DNA of 64,000 nt from Patescibacteria group bacterium. Its GTDB lineage: Bacteria; Patescibacteriota; Patescibacteriia; WFTA01; S139-112. The position numbers and the translations under genes were made by a program. Shown here piece by piece: positions 1-9,791 of this stretch; position 1 is the first letter of the stretch; each line of letters opens with the position of its first letter. The notes below the pieces were generated by a model. That model was not told where the DNA came from. It worked only from the letters and a program-made list of their open reading frames with translations, and made no database searches. The stretch is taken from positions 20,183 to 84,182 of the forward strand of contig WFTB01000027.1 in NCBI GenBank assembly GCA_015485695.1, in the 5' to 3' direction.

Positions 1-464
1 ATTACGTTATTTTCTGGGATGCTGATGTTATCGGACGATTGGATATGCTCGAGACAATGCTTAATGAACTTAAAATCCGCCCTGAAGCGTCGTATGCGTA
101 TTCGAGTTACTGGTGGGGGCGTAAGAGATTTGAACAATGGGAATTTGACGAGGAAAAGCTCAAGCACATGAACTATATTCACACTACCTCGCTTATACGC
201 CGAGAGCATTTTCCCGGATTCGACCCGGCAATTAAGAGATTTCAAGATTGGGATTTGTGGCTTACCATGCTCAATCAAGGGCGGGTCGGCGCATTCATTC
301 CATTGTATTTGTTTCGCGTTCAAACCGGTGGCACCATGAGCTCGTGGTTACCAAAGCACGCTTATCGAAAACCGTTTAAATATGTACTGCCAAAGCGCAT
401 GCGAAATGCGGTTAAAAACTATGAACACGCAGTCGAGGTGATTAAGAAAAAGCATAATTTATAG
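1..464 (+). CDS. Glycosyltransferase family 2 (5'-truncated by window edge)
   Basis: Frame open from position 3: YVIFWDADV (DxD), later FQDWDLWL, both GT2 hallmarks. Confidence 0.8.
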   Translation, partial: YVIFWDADVIGRLDMLETMLNELKIRPEASYAYSSYWWGRKRFEQWEFDEEKLKHMNYIHTTSLIRREHFPGFDPAIKRFQDWDLWLTMLNQGRVGAFIPLYLFRVQTGGTMSSWLPKHAYRKPFKYVLPKRMRNAVKNYEHAVEVIKKKHNL

Positions 465-526
465 AGAACAACTGTTAACTGTTTTTAAGATTCTTAACAC
501 GCGCTTGGGCTCTTAATATAAGCGTG

Positions 527-559
527 TCAATCTCTAATTCGCGCGAATAGGCGAATAGT
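527..559 (+). repeat. Motif-1 copy 1 (TCAATCTCTAATTCGCGCGAATAGGCGAATAGT)
   Basis: Identical 33 bp at 837-869; contains perfect palindrome ATTCGCGCGAAT. Confidence 0.95.
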
Positions 560-581
560 ATTATGCCTTATAAGGTTAAAT

Positions 582-860
582 ATGATCCCGTCTCATTGTG
601 AATCAATCTATAAAGCTCTAGCCAACAAGAGGCGCCTTTTTATTCTTATGTTCCTTTCGGATTCTGGTGTCGCCACCGTCCATGAAGTTGCCGACCGTAT
701 TGGGCTTTCTTTGAAGGTGACATCGAAGCATTTGCTTATATTAAAATCCAGAGGTATCGTAAGCAGTGTTCAGATTGGTCTTGAACAAAACTATTCTATC
801 AAGAGGCCGGTTCATAAAATCGTGAAACAGTTTTTATCAATCTCTAATTCGCGCGAATAG
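582..860 (+). CDS. ArsR/SmtB family winged-helix transcriptional regulator
   Basis: YKALANKRRLFIL...TVHEVA...TSKHLLILK..GIV pattern; stop codon lies inside motif-1 copy 2. Confidence 0.85.
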   Translation: MIPSHCESIYKALANKRRLFILMFLSDSGVATVHEVADRIGLSLKVTSKHLLILKSRGIVSSVQIGLEQNYSIKRPVHKIVKQFLSISNSRE

Positions 861-869
861 GCGAATAGT
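837..869 (+). repeat. Motif-1 copy 2
   Basis: Identical to 527-559, 310 bp downstream. Confidence 0.95.
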
Positions 870-886
870 TGCGATTGCGTTTTTGT

Positions 887-1258
887 ATGCAGATTAGGAA
901 GCCGAAAAACAATGATAAGTATTGTTGGACAGAGCATGTATATGGTAAGATGATTCAATACGGAATATCAGAGCAGACGGTTAGGCGGATTGTACGAAAT
1001 CCTGAGCGAATCGAAGAGGGTATCGCGCCAAACACCATTGCGGTGATGCAAACACGTGGCAAAAAGCAAAAGTACGAGCTTTGGTGTATGTACCAGATTG
1101 TGCGGAAGACAAAAAAACATGAAAACACGGAAAACACGGGAAATAAATCAAATCAGATTAAAATAATAACCACCTGGCGGTATCCGGGAGTATCACCCAA
1201 GCGCGCGCACATTCCCATACCCGAAGAGATTGTTGAAGAGCTTGGTATTGTTTTATGA
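887..1258 (+). CDS. Hypothetical protein, DUF4258/RelE-BrnT-like small protein
   Basis: WTEHVYGKM..YGISE..V..IVRNP...IKIITTWRYP; ATG at 887 preferred over TTG at 869. Confidence 0.55.
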   Translation: MQIRKPKNNDKYCWTEHVYGKMIQYGISEQTVRRIVRNPERIEEGIAPNTIAVMQTRGKKQKYELWCMYQIVRKTKKHENTENTGNKSNQIKIITTWRYPGVSPKRAHIPIPEEIVEELGIVL

Positions 1259-1374
1259 ACAATATTTCAGAAAAAGTAATTAACGCTGAAAAAGAGTATT
1301 CAGATGGTAAGCAGATTGGTGGCGCTGATCTTAAAAATATTGAGGAAGAGGTCAAAAAGATAAAGCAACTGTAA
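1255..1374 (+). CDS. 39-aa ORF (small protein or gene remnant)
   Basis: ATGA overlap with upstream stop; MNNISEKVINAEKEYSDGKQIGGADLKNIEEEVKKIKQL. Confidence 0.35.
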   Translation: MNNISEKVINAEKEYSDGKQIGGADLKNIEEEVKKIKQL

Positions 1375-1492
1375 CCACTCAGATGGTCCGCAAAAGCGAA
1401 AATCTCAAGGCTCACGGTATGCGCCGTTCCCTTGGACGCCAGGTAACTGTTTCGTAAAATAACGATAAGGTCATGATAGTAATGGTGATTGT

Positions 1493-2521
1493 ATGGAAAC
1501 ACATCAAGATATGAACAACGACAAATCACCGATTCATGTTTGGGCAAAAGAAATCGCAACGCAACAAAATTTTTCTGACCCCAAATTAATCTATCAGGGA
1601 GGGCATTACGCAAAGGAAGACGTGCGTAATGTGATTTATGAGGGTCTGTATCAAGGCAAGTTAGCGGTACTTAAGGTGTACGATGATCCGCGCCCTTCCG
1701 ATGAGCCGATATCGCAGAAACGATACCTCGAAGACAACGCAAGCGTCATATTGACTGCGCCCGAAGTGTATGCGTATGAGATTGTTACGCCGAACAAAGG
1801 ATGGTTTATCATGGAAAAATTGCCCGAGAGCGGTTCGTTCTTTACGACGCCGTTGTCTGAAAACGACAGAAAAGAGTTCTTGAATATATTTGTCGAATAT
1901 CGTAAAAATTTCCCTCGAAAAGCCACTCGCGAAATATTGCTTGTTGAAAACTTGCCAGCTCATGAGTTTTGCGCGTTTCGCATCGGTCGTTGGTTGGAGT
2001 TTGTCACAAAGCAAGAATTGAAATCGATATTTAAGGACGAGCAACCCTTATTGGATAGAAACGTATTTATACCTCTCTACGCCAAGGCGATGGAAGTGTT
2101 GCGTTTGGAGTTTTCCAAACGTGAGATGATATGGTGTCACGGGCATTTTAAACCGCAAGAGATATATAAAGTTTCTGACGATAAATACTATGTCACCGAT
2201 TTTGCCCATACGAGATTGTATCCCGAAGGATATGAATTCGGATTCATTATTTGGGCGGATTATCTCATGTCGGCGGACTGGTCTGAGAGTTATGAATCGT
2301 GGAAACGAGGTGTACGAGTGTGGTTTGACGCGCTTCGTCCGGTGGCGGACGAACTTGGGATTGCGCGGTATGATGATTTGATTCGCGCTAGTATGATTGA
2401 GCGAGTTCTTGGTACTATTCTTGCGGATGTACACGCAAGTGATATACCGAATAAAAATAAAATTCACAGGATTGAATATTTACAAAAACTGCTAAGGGAA
2501 TTGATTAATCATGAGCAATAA
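1493..2521 (+). CDS. APH/choline-kinase-like phosphotransferase fold protein with atypical catalytic loop
   Basis: AVLKVY, APEVY, FIMEKL, CHGHFKPQEI, VTDF motifs. Confidence 0.65.
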   Translation: METHQDMNNDKSPIHVWAKEIATQQNFSDPKLIYQGGHYAKEDVRNVIYEGLYQGKLAVLKVYDDPRPSDEPISQKRYLEDNASVILTAPEVYAYEIVTPNKGWFIMEKLPESGSFFTTPLSENDRKEFLNIFVEYRKNFPRKATREILLVENLPAHEFCAFRIGRWLEFVTKQELKSIFKDEQPLLDRNVFIPLYAKAMEVLRLEFSKREMIWCHGHFKPQEIYKVSDDKYYVTDFAHTRLYPEGYEFGFIIWADYLMSADWSESYESWKRGVRVWFDALRPVADELGIARYDDLIRASMIERVLGTILADVHASDIPNKNKIHRIEYLQKLLRELINHEQ

Positions 2522-3413
2522 ACCAAAACTATCTATCATCATAGTCTCTTGGAATGTGCGAGAACTTCTTGAGAAATGCCTTGTCTCTATTGAAAAATAT
2601 CGAAGGGGTTTGGATTTGGAAATTATTGTGATTGACAATAATTCTACAGACGGAAGTCAAGAGATGATTGCAAATTTCAAATCTCAGATTGCAAATTTAA
2701 AAACAATTTTTATAAATGAAAACTTGGGATTTGCGAAGGGAAATAACAAGGGATTGGAATGGGCGAAGGGGGAGTATGCGTTGTTTCTAAACCCAGATAC
2801 TGAAGTGGTGGGGGATGCGTTGGCGGAGATGGTGCGCTATATGGACACACGCCCGGAAGTTGGTGCGATTGGACCGAAACTTCTTAATTCGGACGAATCT
2901 TTGCAGCGTTCGGTACGTGCGTTTCCGACATTGGTTTCACAATTATTAATATTAACGAAGTTGCACAATTTTATTCCGCGAATAGCTCCGCTAAAAGTAT
3001 ATTTCCAACTTGACTTTGACTATGAGACAGAACGCGATGTGGACCAGGTGATGGGGGCGGCATTGCTTGTCCGCAAATCCATCCTCGACGAGGTGGGGAG
3101 CTTTGATGCGGGTTATAAGAGAATTTTTGAAGAGGTAGATTTATGTTTTAGGATAAAACATGCGGGACACACCATTCGCTATATTCCAATCGCGCGTATT
3201 ATTCACCATAAAGGCGCAAGCTTCACCCAGCAACGCATCTGCCAGAAACAGCTCGACTTCAACCAAGGCATGCTCCGCTTCTTCAAAAAACACAAATCCG
3301 TTTGGCAGTATGTCGTGCTCTATCTCTTCCAGCCGATAAGTTGGCTCGCGACGTTATTCGTCATGCTCGTCGGTATTCCATTTCGTAAGAAATTTAAAAA
3401 AACTGATTTGTGA
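2511..3413 (+). CDS. Glycosyltransferase family 2 (WbbL-like)
   Basis: LSIIIVSWN, VIDNNSTDGS, NLGFAKGNN, FLNPDT, EEVDLC. Confidence 0.9.
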   Translation: MSNKPKLSIIIVSWNVRELLEKCLVSIEKYRRGLDLEIIVIDNNSTDGSQEMIANFKSQIANLKTIFINENLGFAKGNNKGLEWAKGEYALFLNPDTEVVGDALAEMVRYMDTRPEVGAIGPKLLNSDESLQRSVRAFPTLVSQLLILTKLHNFIPRIAPLKVYFQLDFDYETERDVDQVMGAALLVRKSILDEVGSFDAGYKRIFEEVDLCFRIKHAGHTIRYIPIARIIHHKGASFTQQRICQKQLDFNQGMLRFFKKHKSVWQYVVLYLFQPISWLATLFVMLVGIPFRKKFKKTDL

Positions 3414-3416
3414 AAT

Positions 3417-3926
3417 ATGATGTCTATAGAACAAAGTGAGACATTGCAAAGTGTTCCAAAAGATCAATTATGTCACTTACATCCCTGGGACCCCAACACA
3501 CACGTGGTTGCCAAAGAGATGCTCCAAAAAATTCGCCGGTTAGCCCCAAATTTGGATGTTACATTTACAGGCTCTGCCGCATTGAGGATTTTAGGAAAAA
3601 ACGATGTTGATTTGACTGCAACATGTAATACTTAAGACCTTAAAAAATTTAGACAAATGTTTCACAGGATATTTGAAAGTAGATATCATCTGGAAGATAT
3701 CATGTCAAAGTGACAAACGCACCATAGGGGCTTAAAAGTTGACCTCGTGATTCTCAACAAGGATAAATCAGAGATAGCTAATCAACCACTACAGATTTTC
3801 TTGACTTTAAAAAACAACCCTACTTTGCTAATGGAATATGAAAAAATGAAGGCTTCTTGTGAAGGTCGCCCATATGTTGAATTTTTAAGGAAAAAGATAG
3901 AATTTTATAATCGACACACGAAATAA
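3417..3926 (+). pseudogene. GrpB/UPF0157 family nucleotidyltransferase-like pseudogene
   Basis: HPWDP, FTGSAAL..GKNDVDL, and C-terminal L..NP.LL.EYEKMK...K.EFY in one frame, interrupted by TAA 3633-3635 and TGA 3711-3713. Confidence 0.75.
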
Positions 3927-3947
3927 TCTCTATATATTTAAAATTTC

Positions 3948-3976
3948 TTGCATAAATTCATCCATTATGCTATAGT
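3948..3976 (+). promoter_or_regulatory. Sigma70-like promoter of secE-nusG-rplK-rplA
   Basis: TTGCAT-17 nt-TATAGT with extended -10 TG. Confidence 0.6.
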
Positions 3977-4069
3977 ATTTGCGAATGAGCCGAGAGGCTT
4001 TTTAAATTTGATTTATTGGTTTTGCGGGACTTACAGCGATATGCTCCCTAAAAACTACTGTTAATAACT

Positions 4070-4249
4070 ATGGCTAGTCTTATACAATATATTAAAGACT
4101 CTCGAGCAGAGCTTAAAAAGGTCCAATGGCCGACGCGACAAGAAACAACGAGATACACAATACTTGTAATAGTTATTTCTATCGCGGTTGCGGCTTTTCT
4201 TGGGTTTTTTGATTATATCTTCAATCTTATCCTCGAATACCTGGTTTAA
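4070..4249 (+). CDS. secE: Preprotein translocase subunit SecE (not in ORF track)
   Basis: 59 aa MASLIQYIKDSRAELKKVQWPTRQET+TM helix; directly upstream of nusG. Confidence 0.95.
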   Translation: MASLIQYIKDSRAELKKVQWPTRQETTRYTILVIVISIAVAAFLGFFDYIFNLILEYLV

Positions 4250-4300
4250 GTGTTTTAAGGATGCTTAATCCTTAACACCTAAAACCTAACCCTAACATTT

Positions 4301-4846
4301 ATGGCTCGACAGATACAACAACAAGGTAGGCGGTGGTACGCGATTCATACCTATTCCGGATATGAAGAAAACGTACAACGCAACCTAAAACAAAGAATAG
4401 AATCAATGGACATGCAAGACAGAATCTTCGATGTGCTTGTTCCGACTGAAACTCGTTTCAAAATCAAGGGCGGAAAACGCACCAAGGTTCGAGAGAAGAT
4501 TTTCCCCGGATATGTCCTTGTGGATATGATAGTGACGGATGAATCATGGTATGTGGTTCGCAACACTCCCAATGTAACCGGATTCATCGGTTCCGGCACC
4601 ACTCCGACCCCCCTGTCTGAAGAAGAAGTTTCGAATTTGCTTAAACGAATGGGAGTGGAAGAGCCAAAATACGTCATTGACGTTTCGATTGGAACGGCGG
4701 TCAGAATCACCGATGGGCCGTTCAAAGATCATGAGGGCAAGGTTTCGCAGATTGATGACGCGCGCGGTAAGGTAAAGGTTCTTGTATCGATGTTCGGACG
4801 CGAAACACCGGTCGAGCTCGACTTTTTGCAGATTAAGAAATTATAA
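4301..4846 (+). CDS. nusG: Transcription termination/antitermination factor NusG
   Basis: WYAIHTYSGYE, FPGYVLV, KOW domain, FGRETPVEL. Confidence 0.98.
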   Translation: MARQIQQQGRRWYAIHTYSGYEENVQRNLKQRIESMDMQDRIFDVLVPTETRFKIKGGKRTKVREKIFPGYVLVDMIVTDESWYVVRNTPNVTGFIGSGTTPTPLSEEEVSNLLKRMGVEEPKYVIDVSIGTAVRITDGPFKDHEGKVSQIDDARGKVKVLVSMFGRETPVELDFLQIKKL

Positions 4847-4963
4847 TTATCAGACCAATCTTGGTCTCGAGTTCTCGGGACACGCTTCTCTGGATTGATA
4901 TAATGTTAGGGATCAGGTAATAGGTAATAGCACCTAATACTCTAAAACCTAAAACCTAGTAAT

Positions 4964-5386
4964 ATGGCAAAAGAAGTATTATCAAAAATCAAACTCCAAA
5001 TTCCGGGCGGAGCGGCGACTCCGGCTCCTCCTGTCGGTCCCGCCCTCGGTCAACATGGCGTGAATTCGCAAGAATTCATCACAAAGTTCAATGATGCGAC
5101 ACAGGACATGCGTGGCGATACGGTTCCGGTTGTTATTACCGTTTATGATGACCGTAGTTTTGATTTTATTATCAAAACTCCGCCGGCATCCGGTTTACTC
5201 ATGAAAGCCGCCGGAATCAAGAAAGGCTCCGGAAAGCCTCTGACCGAAAAGGTGGGCAAGGTAACCAAGGATCAAATTCGTGAGATAGCGGAACGCAAAC
5301 TTCCGGACCTTAATGCGCACGATATAGACGCGGCGATGAAAATCATCGAAGGAACAGCCCGTCAAATGGGCATAAAAGTTGAATAG
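4964..5386 (+). CDS. rplK: 50S ribosomal protein L11
   Basis: [23 protein letters not shown]. Confidence 0.98.
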   Translation: MAKEVLSKIKLQIPGGAATPAPPVGPALGQHGVNSQEFITKFNDATQDMRGDTVPVVITVYDDRSFDFIIKTPPASGLLMKAAGIKKGSGKPLTEKVGKVTKDQIREIAERKLPDLNAHDIDAAMKIIEGTARQMGIKVE

Positions 5387-5421
5387 TCGCCATTTTATTT
5401 ATTTGTTTTATTAATCAAGTT

Positions 5422-5452
5422 TGTGGGAGCTCGTCTGTGGCGAATACCACGA
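5422..5452 (+). promoter_or_regulatory. Putative L1-binding mRNA leader
   Basis: TGTGGGAG...GAATACCACG stem between rplK and rplA, resembling L1 autoregulatory sites. Confidence 0.6.
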
Positions 5453-5466
5453 AATAAAATAGTTTT

Positions 5467-6117
5467 ATGTCAGACATTGATAAAGAAAAATCATATCCCG
5501 TAGAAGAAGCGTTGAAGTTGGTGAAAGAAAACGCCAAAGAAAAATTCGACGCGTCCGTTGAAGTTCATTTTAGATTGGGTATAGACCCCAAAAAAGGAGA
5601 CCAACAAGTTCGCGGCTCGGTGTCTTTGCCTCACGGCTCCGGCAAAACCGTCCGTGTAGCGGTTTTTGCAGAAGGAGTTGATGCCAAGGAAGCTCGTGAC
5701 GCCGGCGCTGATTTCGCCGGTGGCGAGGAACTTATAGAAGAGATTAAGAGCTCGGGAAAAACCGAATTTGACGTAGCGGTTGCCCAGCCACAAATAATGG
5801 CAAAATTGGCAAAAATAGCGAAGGTTTTAGGTCCAAGGGGGCTTATGCCGTCTCCCAAGGATGATACCGTTACCGCAAACGTGGTGAAAGCCGTTTCCGA
5901 TCTTAAAGCCGGTAAGGTTAGTTTTAAGAATGATGACACGGGAAACGTGCACACGATAATAGGGAAAGTGTCGTTTGATGTCGATAAGTTGGTCGATAAT
6001 TTCGAAGAACTTTTGGATACCGTCACAAAACTGAAGCCGTCCGGCGCAAAAGGAGTTTATATCCGCTCCGTAAGCGTTTCATCAAGCATGGGAAAAGGTG
6101 TAAAAGTTCAGATATAA
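5467..6117 (+). CDS. rplA: 50S ribosomal protein L1
   Basis: KFDASVEVH.RLGIDP, LPHGSGK, LGPRGLMPSPK. Confidence 0.98.
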   Translation: MSDIDKEKSYPVEEALKLVKENAKEKFDASVEVHFRLGIDPKKGDQQVRGSVSLPHGSGKTVRVAVFAEGVDAKEARDAGADFAGGEELIEEIKSSGKTEFDVAVAQPQIMAKLAKIAKVLGPRGLMPSPKDDTVTANVVKAVSDLKAGKVSFKNDDTGNVHTIIGKVSFDVDKLVDNFEELLDTVTKLKPSGAKGVYIRSVSVSSSMGKGVKVQI

Positions 6118-6141
6118 CCGGCTTCAAGTGGTGTATTTATC

Positions 6142-6185
6142 AAAACTCGCGCAACTTATCAAGGTGGCGCGAGTTTTCGGTTTTT
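6142..6185 (+). terminator. Rho-independent terminator after rplA
   Basis: AAAACTCGCGC...GCGCGAGTTTT stem followed by T-rich tract. Confidence 0.75.
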
Positions 6186-6227
6186 ATGTTTTTTGATACA
6201 CTGTGATTATTCCATTAAGACACGATT

Positions 6228-6836
6228 ATGCCGGTGCCAAAAAAATTAATAAAATACCTGGACAGAGAAAAGGTTCCGTATGAAATTGTGGAGCACAAAA
6301 TCGCGCACACTTCATCGGATTTGGCTTTAACGTTGCGAATCAACCCTAAACAAGTCGTAAAAACCGTTGTGATCAAGATTAACGGCAAAGTTCCGATTTT
6401 GTCCCTGATTCCCGCGAATAAGCGCTTGAACGAGGATAAGCTTGGAAACGCGGTTTATAACGCGATACTGGATATGCGCGGAAAAATGGCGCGTTTGAAC
6501 AATGATCAACACGCGGTACCGACGGAGTGGAATTTCCCGATTCAAGATTTGAAAGGTAAGAAGTTCAGATCCGAGATTGCCGGAAAAAAATGGATAAATG
6601 AAAAGCTTTTGGGAAACCCCGGAGCCACGCCTCCTTTTGGTCGTCTGATGCGATTGCCCACATTTATGGACAAATCATTTTTTAAGGAAAATTTTTTAAT
6701 CTTGAATTCCGGTGACTATCGCGTATCGATAAAAATGAAAACCGAAGATTTCGTTAGGTTGGAGATGCCTTTGTCGGGGCGCATAAGTTCGATTGGGAAG
6801 ACGCAATTAAAACTCAATGAAACGGCTAAACGGTAA
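6228..6836 (+). CDS. YbaK/aminoacyl-tRNA deacylase-like protein
   Basis: YL..EKVPYEIVEH, VVKTVV, GATPPFG, NSG...SIKM. Confidence 0.75.
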   Translation: MPVPKKLIKYLDREKVPYEIVEHKIAHTSSDLALTLRINPKQVVKTVVIKINGKVPILSLIPANKRLNEDKLGNAVYNAILDMRGKMARLNNDQHAVPTEWNFPIQDLKGKKFRSEIAGKKWINEKLLGNPGATPPFGRLMRLPTFMDKSFFKENFLILNSGDYRVSIKMKTEDFVRLEMPLSGRISSIGKTQLKLNETAKR

Positions 6837-6972
6837 ATCGCAATCCGGGTCGGCGTGTTTGCGTCTTGTCGGAATCTTGTTTTCATAGTCGACGTAAAAC
6901 AATCGTGGTTTACGGTTTTTATTGTCACAAGAACGCATGGCTGATATACTAAGTCCGATAAAGAAGAAAAAC

Positions 6973-7701
6973 ATGAGTTCTGAGCAATTATTGGCACAAC
7001 CGATTAAGATAGAGCAGTTCGACGGTCCGTTTCACGTTCTCGTTGAGCTTTTGAATTCGAAAGAACTCGATATAACCGAAGTCAATTTGAGTGAAATAAC
7101 CGAACAGTACATAGAGGCTGTCAACAACCAGCGAGACACGGACCCTTATACATTGGCGGATTTTCTGGTTGTCGCGAGCAGGCTCATATATTTGAAGTCG
7201 AAGACCATACTGCCCATGTTGTTGCCGGAAGATGAGGACGAGGAATCTGTGGCGAATTTGGAAGACCAGCTCAAAATGTATAAACGATTTTACGAAGCCT
7301 CCAAAACAATAGGGGAGATGATCGATAATCGTAATATTATGCATGTTCGCGAAAAAATCGCGGTTGACGTTGGGGTTTTGTTTAACCCTCCGCATGCCGT
7401 AACCGGAGAAAAAATGAGAGACATATTTGCGAGTGTCGTGAACGGACTCGAACCTATTGTCAAGATTCCGGAAAAAGTTATAAAGAGAGTTGTGTCTCTC
7501 AGTGAAAAGATGAATCAGATACGAGAGCGAATCCTAAACAAAATGAATGCGAATTTCTCCGAACTGTTGAACGGAGCAGAAGGTAAGCCTGAATTGGTGG
7601 TAACTTTTTTGGCTGTTTTGGAGCTTGTCAAGCAAAAAGTCCTTATAGTAGACCAAGATGAACTGCATGGTGATATAACAATAACGAAAAAAACGGATTG
7701 A
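6973..7701 (+). CDS. scpA: Segregation and condensation protein A
   Basis: FDGPFHVL, EITEQY, FLVVASRLIYLKS, VTFLAVLELVK; upstream of scpB. Confidence 0.92.
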   Translation: MSSEQLLAQPIKIEQFDGPFHVLVELLNSKELDITEVNLSEITEQYIEAVNNQRDTDPYTLADFLVVASRLIYLKSKTILPMLLPEDEDEESVANLEDQLKMYKRFYEASKTIGEMIDNRNIMHVREKIAVDVGVLFNPPHAVTGEKMRDIFASVVNGLEPIVKIPEKVIKRVVSLSEKMNQIRERILNKMNANFSELLNGAEGKPELVVTFLAVLELVKQKVLIVDQDELHGDITITKKTD

Positions 7702-7703
7702 TT

Positions 7704-8324
7704 ATGTCTGATATAGTATCAAAAATTGAATCTATTCTTTTTATATCGAACAAGCCTTTGTCTTACAAAAAACTGGCTAAAATAACCGGATCCGAATCCG
7801 TGGACGAGATTAAAGAAGCTTTGAAAGAAATTCAATCCAAATACCAAGCGGGAGGAATCAGATTGATGTTGCACGATAATATGGCACAGCTTGCCACCGC
7901 TCCGGAATCTCACGAAAGTGTCGAAGAATTCTTGAAATCCGAAACATCCGGAGATATTACGCGACCGCAATTGGAGACCCTTACAATCATAGCGTACAGA
8001 GGTCCGATTCTGAAAGAAGAGTTAGAGCACATTCGTGGCGTGAATTGCTCTCTGATATTGCGAAATCTTATGATTAGAGGGCTTGTTGAATCCGAAATCT
8101 CCAAGAAAGACAAATTGACTCGATTTAAGATAACCCTTGATTTTTTGCGTTTTTTGGGAGTTGAGAGAGCAGAACAATTGCCAGATTTTGATAAACTGTC
8201 AAAGCATGAAAATATAGAAGACTTATTGGAAGCTAAGAAAAAAGAAGACGGCAAGCTAAGCGAAAACGAAAATTCGGAACAAAAAACACGTCTCGATGAT
8301 GTTAACAATGCGCAAATCGTTTAA
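7704..8324 (+). CDS. scpB: SMC-Scp complex subunit ScpB
   Basis: IESILF, LETLTIIAYRGPI, IRGVN, FLRFLG..LP. Confidence 0.95.
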   Translation: MSDIVSKIESILFISNKPLSYKKLAKITGSESVDEIKEALKEIQSKYQAGGIRLMLHDNMAQLATAPESHESVEEFLKSETSGDITRPQLETLTIIAYRGPILKEELEHIRGVNCSLILRNLMIRGLVESEISKKDKLTRFKITLDFLRFLGVERAEQLPDFDKLSKHENIEDLLEAKKKEDGKLSENENSEQKTRLDDVNNAQIV

Positions 8325-8345
8325 TCGTTAAAATAAATCAAAGTT

Positions 8346-9239
8346 ATGTTTTTTACCATAATAGCTGGGGTAATGATTGCTCAGATATTAAACCCTTTTG
8401 TTGTCGGGTTTGAGTACATGGTTTCATTGGAATCCGCCCTTATTCGGCGCCCGGCCGTTTCAGAGCCTCCGGTTAGAGTAAACAAATCATCAATGGGTCC
8501 CGTGTTAACGGGAAGGGCGAGTATAGTTATTGACAGAGAATCAAGACGTGTTCTTTGGGCCGATGGACAGTATCTGAGTTTTCCGATAGCGAGCATAAGC
8601 AAGCTCATGACGGCATTGGTCTTCCTTGAGACCAAGCCGGATTTGTCCGAATACTATACCTTATCTTCTGAAGACATGACCAAAGGCGGAAACGTGTATA
8701 TAAAACAGGGTGATGCCGTTCGCGTCAGGGATATGTTGTATTCGGCTCTCATCGCGTCTGATAACAATTCCGCGCAAGGGCTGGTTAGTGCTTCCGGTCT
8801 TTCGAAGGAAGAATTCATAAATCGCATGAACGTTCGCGCGAGCGAGATAGGCATGTTGCATTCGTCGTTTCAAGAGGTGACCGGTTTGAGCTTTACGAAT
8901 GTTTCTTCGGTGCAGGATGTTGCGTTGCTTTTGGACGAAGCTCTCAGAAATCCGGTAATCAGTGACGCCGTATCCAGAAAAAGTTATGAATTCACCTCAC
9001 AATCAGGGAACAACTACAAATTGTACAATACGAATAAGTTGCTTGGTTCGTATTTGGACGTAATTGGCGGCAAAACCGGGTTTAACAACGAAGCCAGGTA
9101 TAATTTGGCGGTCGCGATCAGGGGAGAGGATGAACAAGAATTGTTGGTTGTCGTATTGGGAAGCAAGTCTATCGATTCGAGATTTCGGGACGCGAAAATT
9201 CTTGCAGATTGGGCGTTTAGAAATTATTCATGGAATTAA
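8346..9239 (+). CDS. D-alanyl-D-alanine carboxypeptidase (peptidase S11)
   Basis: ASISKLMT (SxxK), SDN, GKTGF. Confidence 0.9.
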   Translation: MFFTIIAGVMIAQILNPFVVGFEYMVSLESALIRRPAVSEPPVRVNKSSMGPVLTGRASIVIDRESRRVLWADGQYLSFPIASISKLMTALVFLETKPDLSEYYTLSSEDMTKGGNVYIKQGDAVRVRDMLYSALIASDNNSAQGLVSASGLSKEEFINRMNVRASEIGMLHSSFQEVTGLSFTNVSSVQDVALLLDEALRNPVISDAVSRKSYEFTSQSGNNYKLYNTNKLLGSYLDVIGGKTGFNNEARYNLAVAIRGEDEQELLVVVLGSKSIDSRFRDAKILADWAFRNYSWN

Positions 9240-9306
9240 TCCTCAAAATTCGTTTTTATTATCTCGAATTTTTGAGTCGAGTTTATTATATTTTTAATTT
9301 TAGAAC

Positions 9307-9771
9307 ATGATTACGAATTATTTAATCGTGCTTGGCACGTCCATGTTGCCACTTGCCGAGCTTCGCGGGGCGATACCCATTGGCATTATCGGCTTTGATC
9401 TGAATTGGCTGTGGGTGTATGTGATGGCGGTGGTTGGGAATATGTTGCCGGTTTTTGTGTTGCCGGTATTGTGGAGAAAAATCGAAAATAAATTTGTCAA
9501 TCGTTTTGCTTTAATCGGGAAAATAATCCACTGGCTGTTTGAGCGCACCAGAAACAGATTTTATTCAAAATATAGAAGGTTTGGCAATATCGCGCTTGTT
9601 TTATTCGTCGCCGTTCCGTTGCCGGTTACGGGAGCTTGGAGCGGGACAATAGCGGCGTGGTTGTTCGGTATTCCGTATAAGAAGACTATAGGTTTGATTT
9701 TTGTAGGAGTTTTGATATCCGGAATAATCGTCACCGCAATAACGAAAGGAATCGTGCGCTTTGCTTTGTAA
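9307..9771 (+). CDS. Small multi-drug export family membrane protein
   Basis: P..ELRGAIP, FVAVPLPVTGAWSG. Confidence 0.85.
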   Translation: MITNYLIVLGTSMLPLAELRGAIPIGIIGFDLNWLWVYVMAVVGNMLPVFVLPVLWRKIENKFVNRFALIGKIIHWLFERTRNRFYSKYRRFGNIALVLFVAVPLPVTGAWSGTIAAWLFGIPYKKTIGLIFVGVLISGIIVTAITKGIVRFAL

Positions 9772-9791
9772 TTTCGGGTACGCCTTAAAGT

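Noticed and set aside
887-1374. Toxin-antitoxin pair
   Set aside because: The toxin-like fold is only a guess, and the 39-aa downstream ORF has no antitoxin features.
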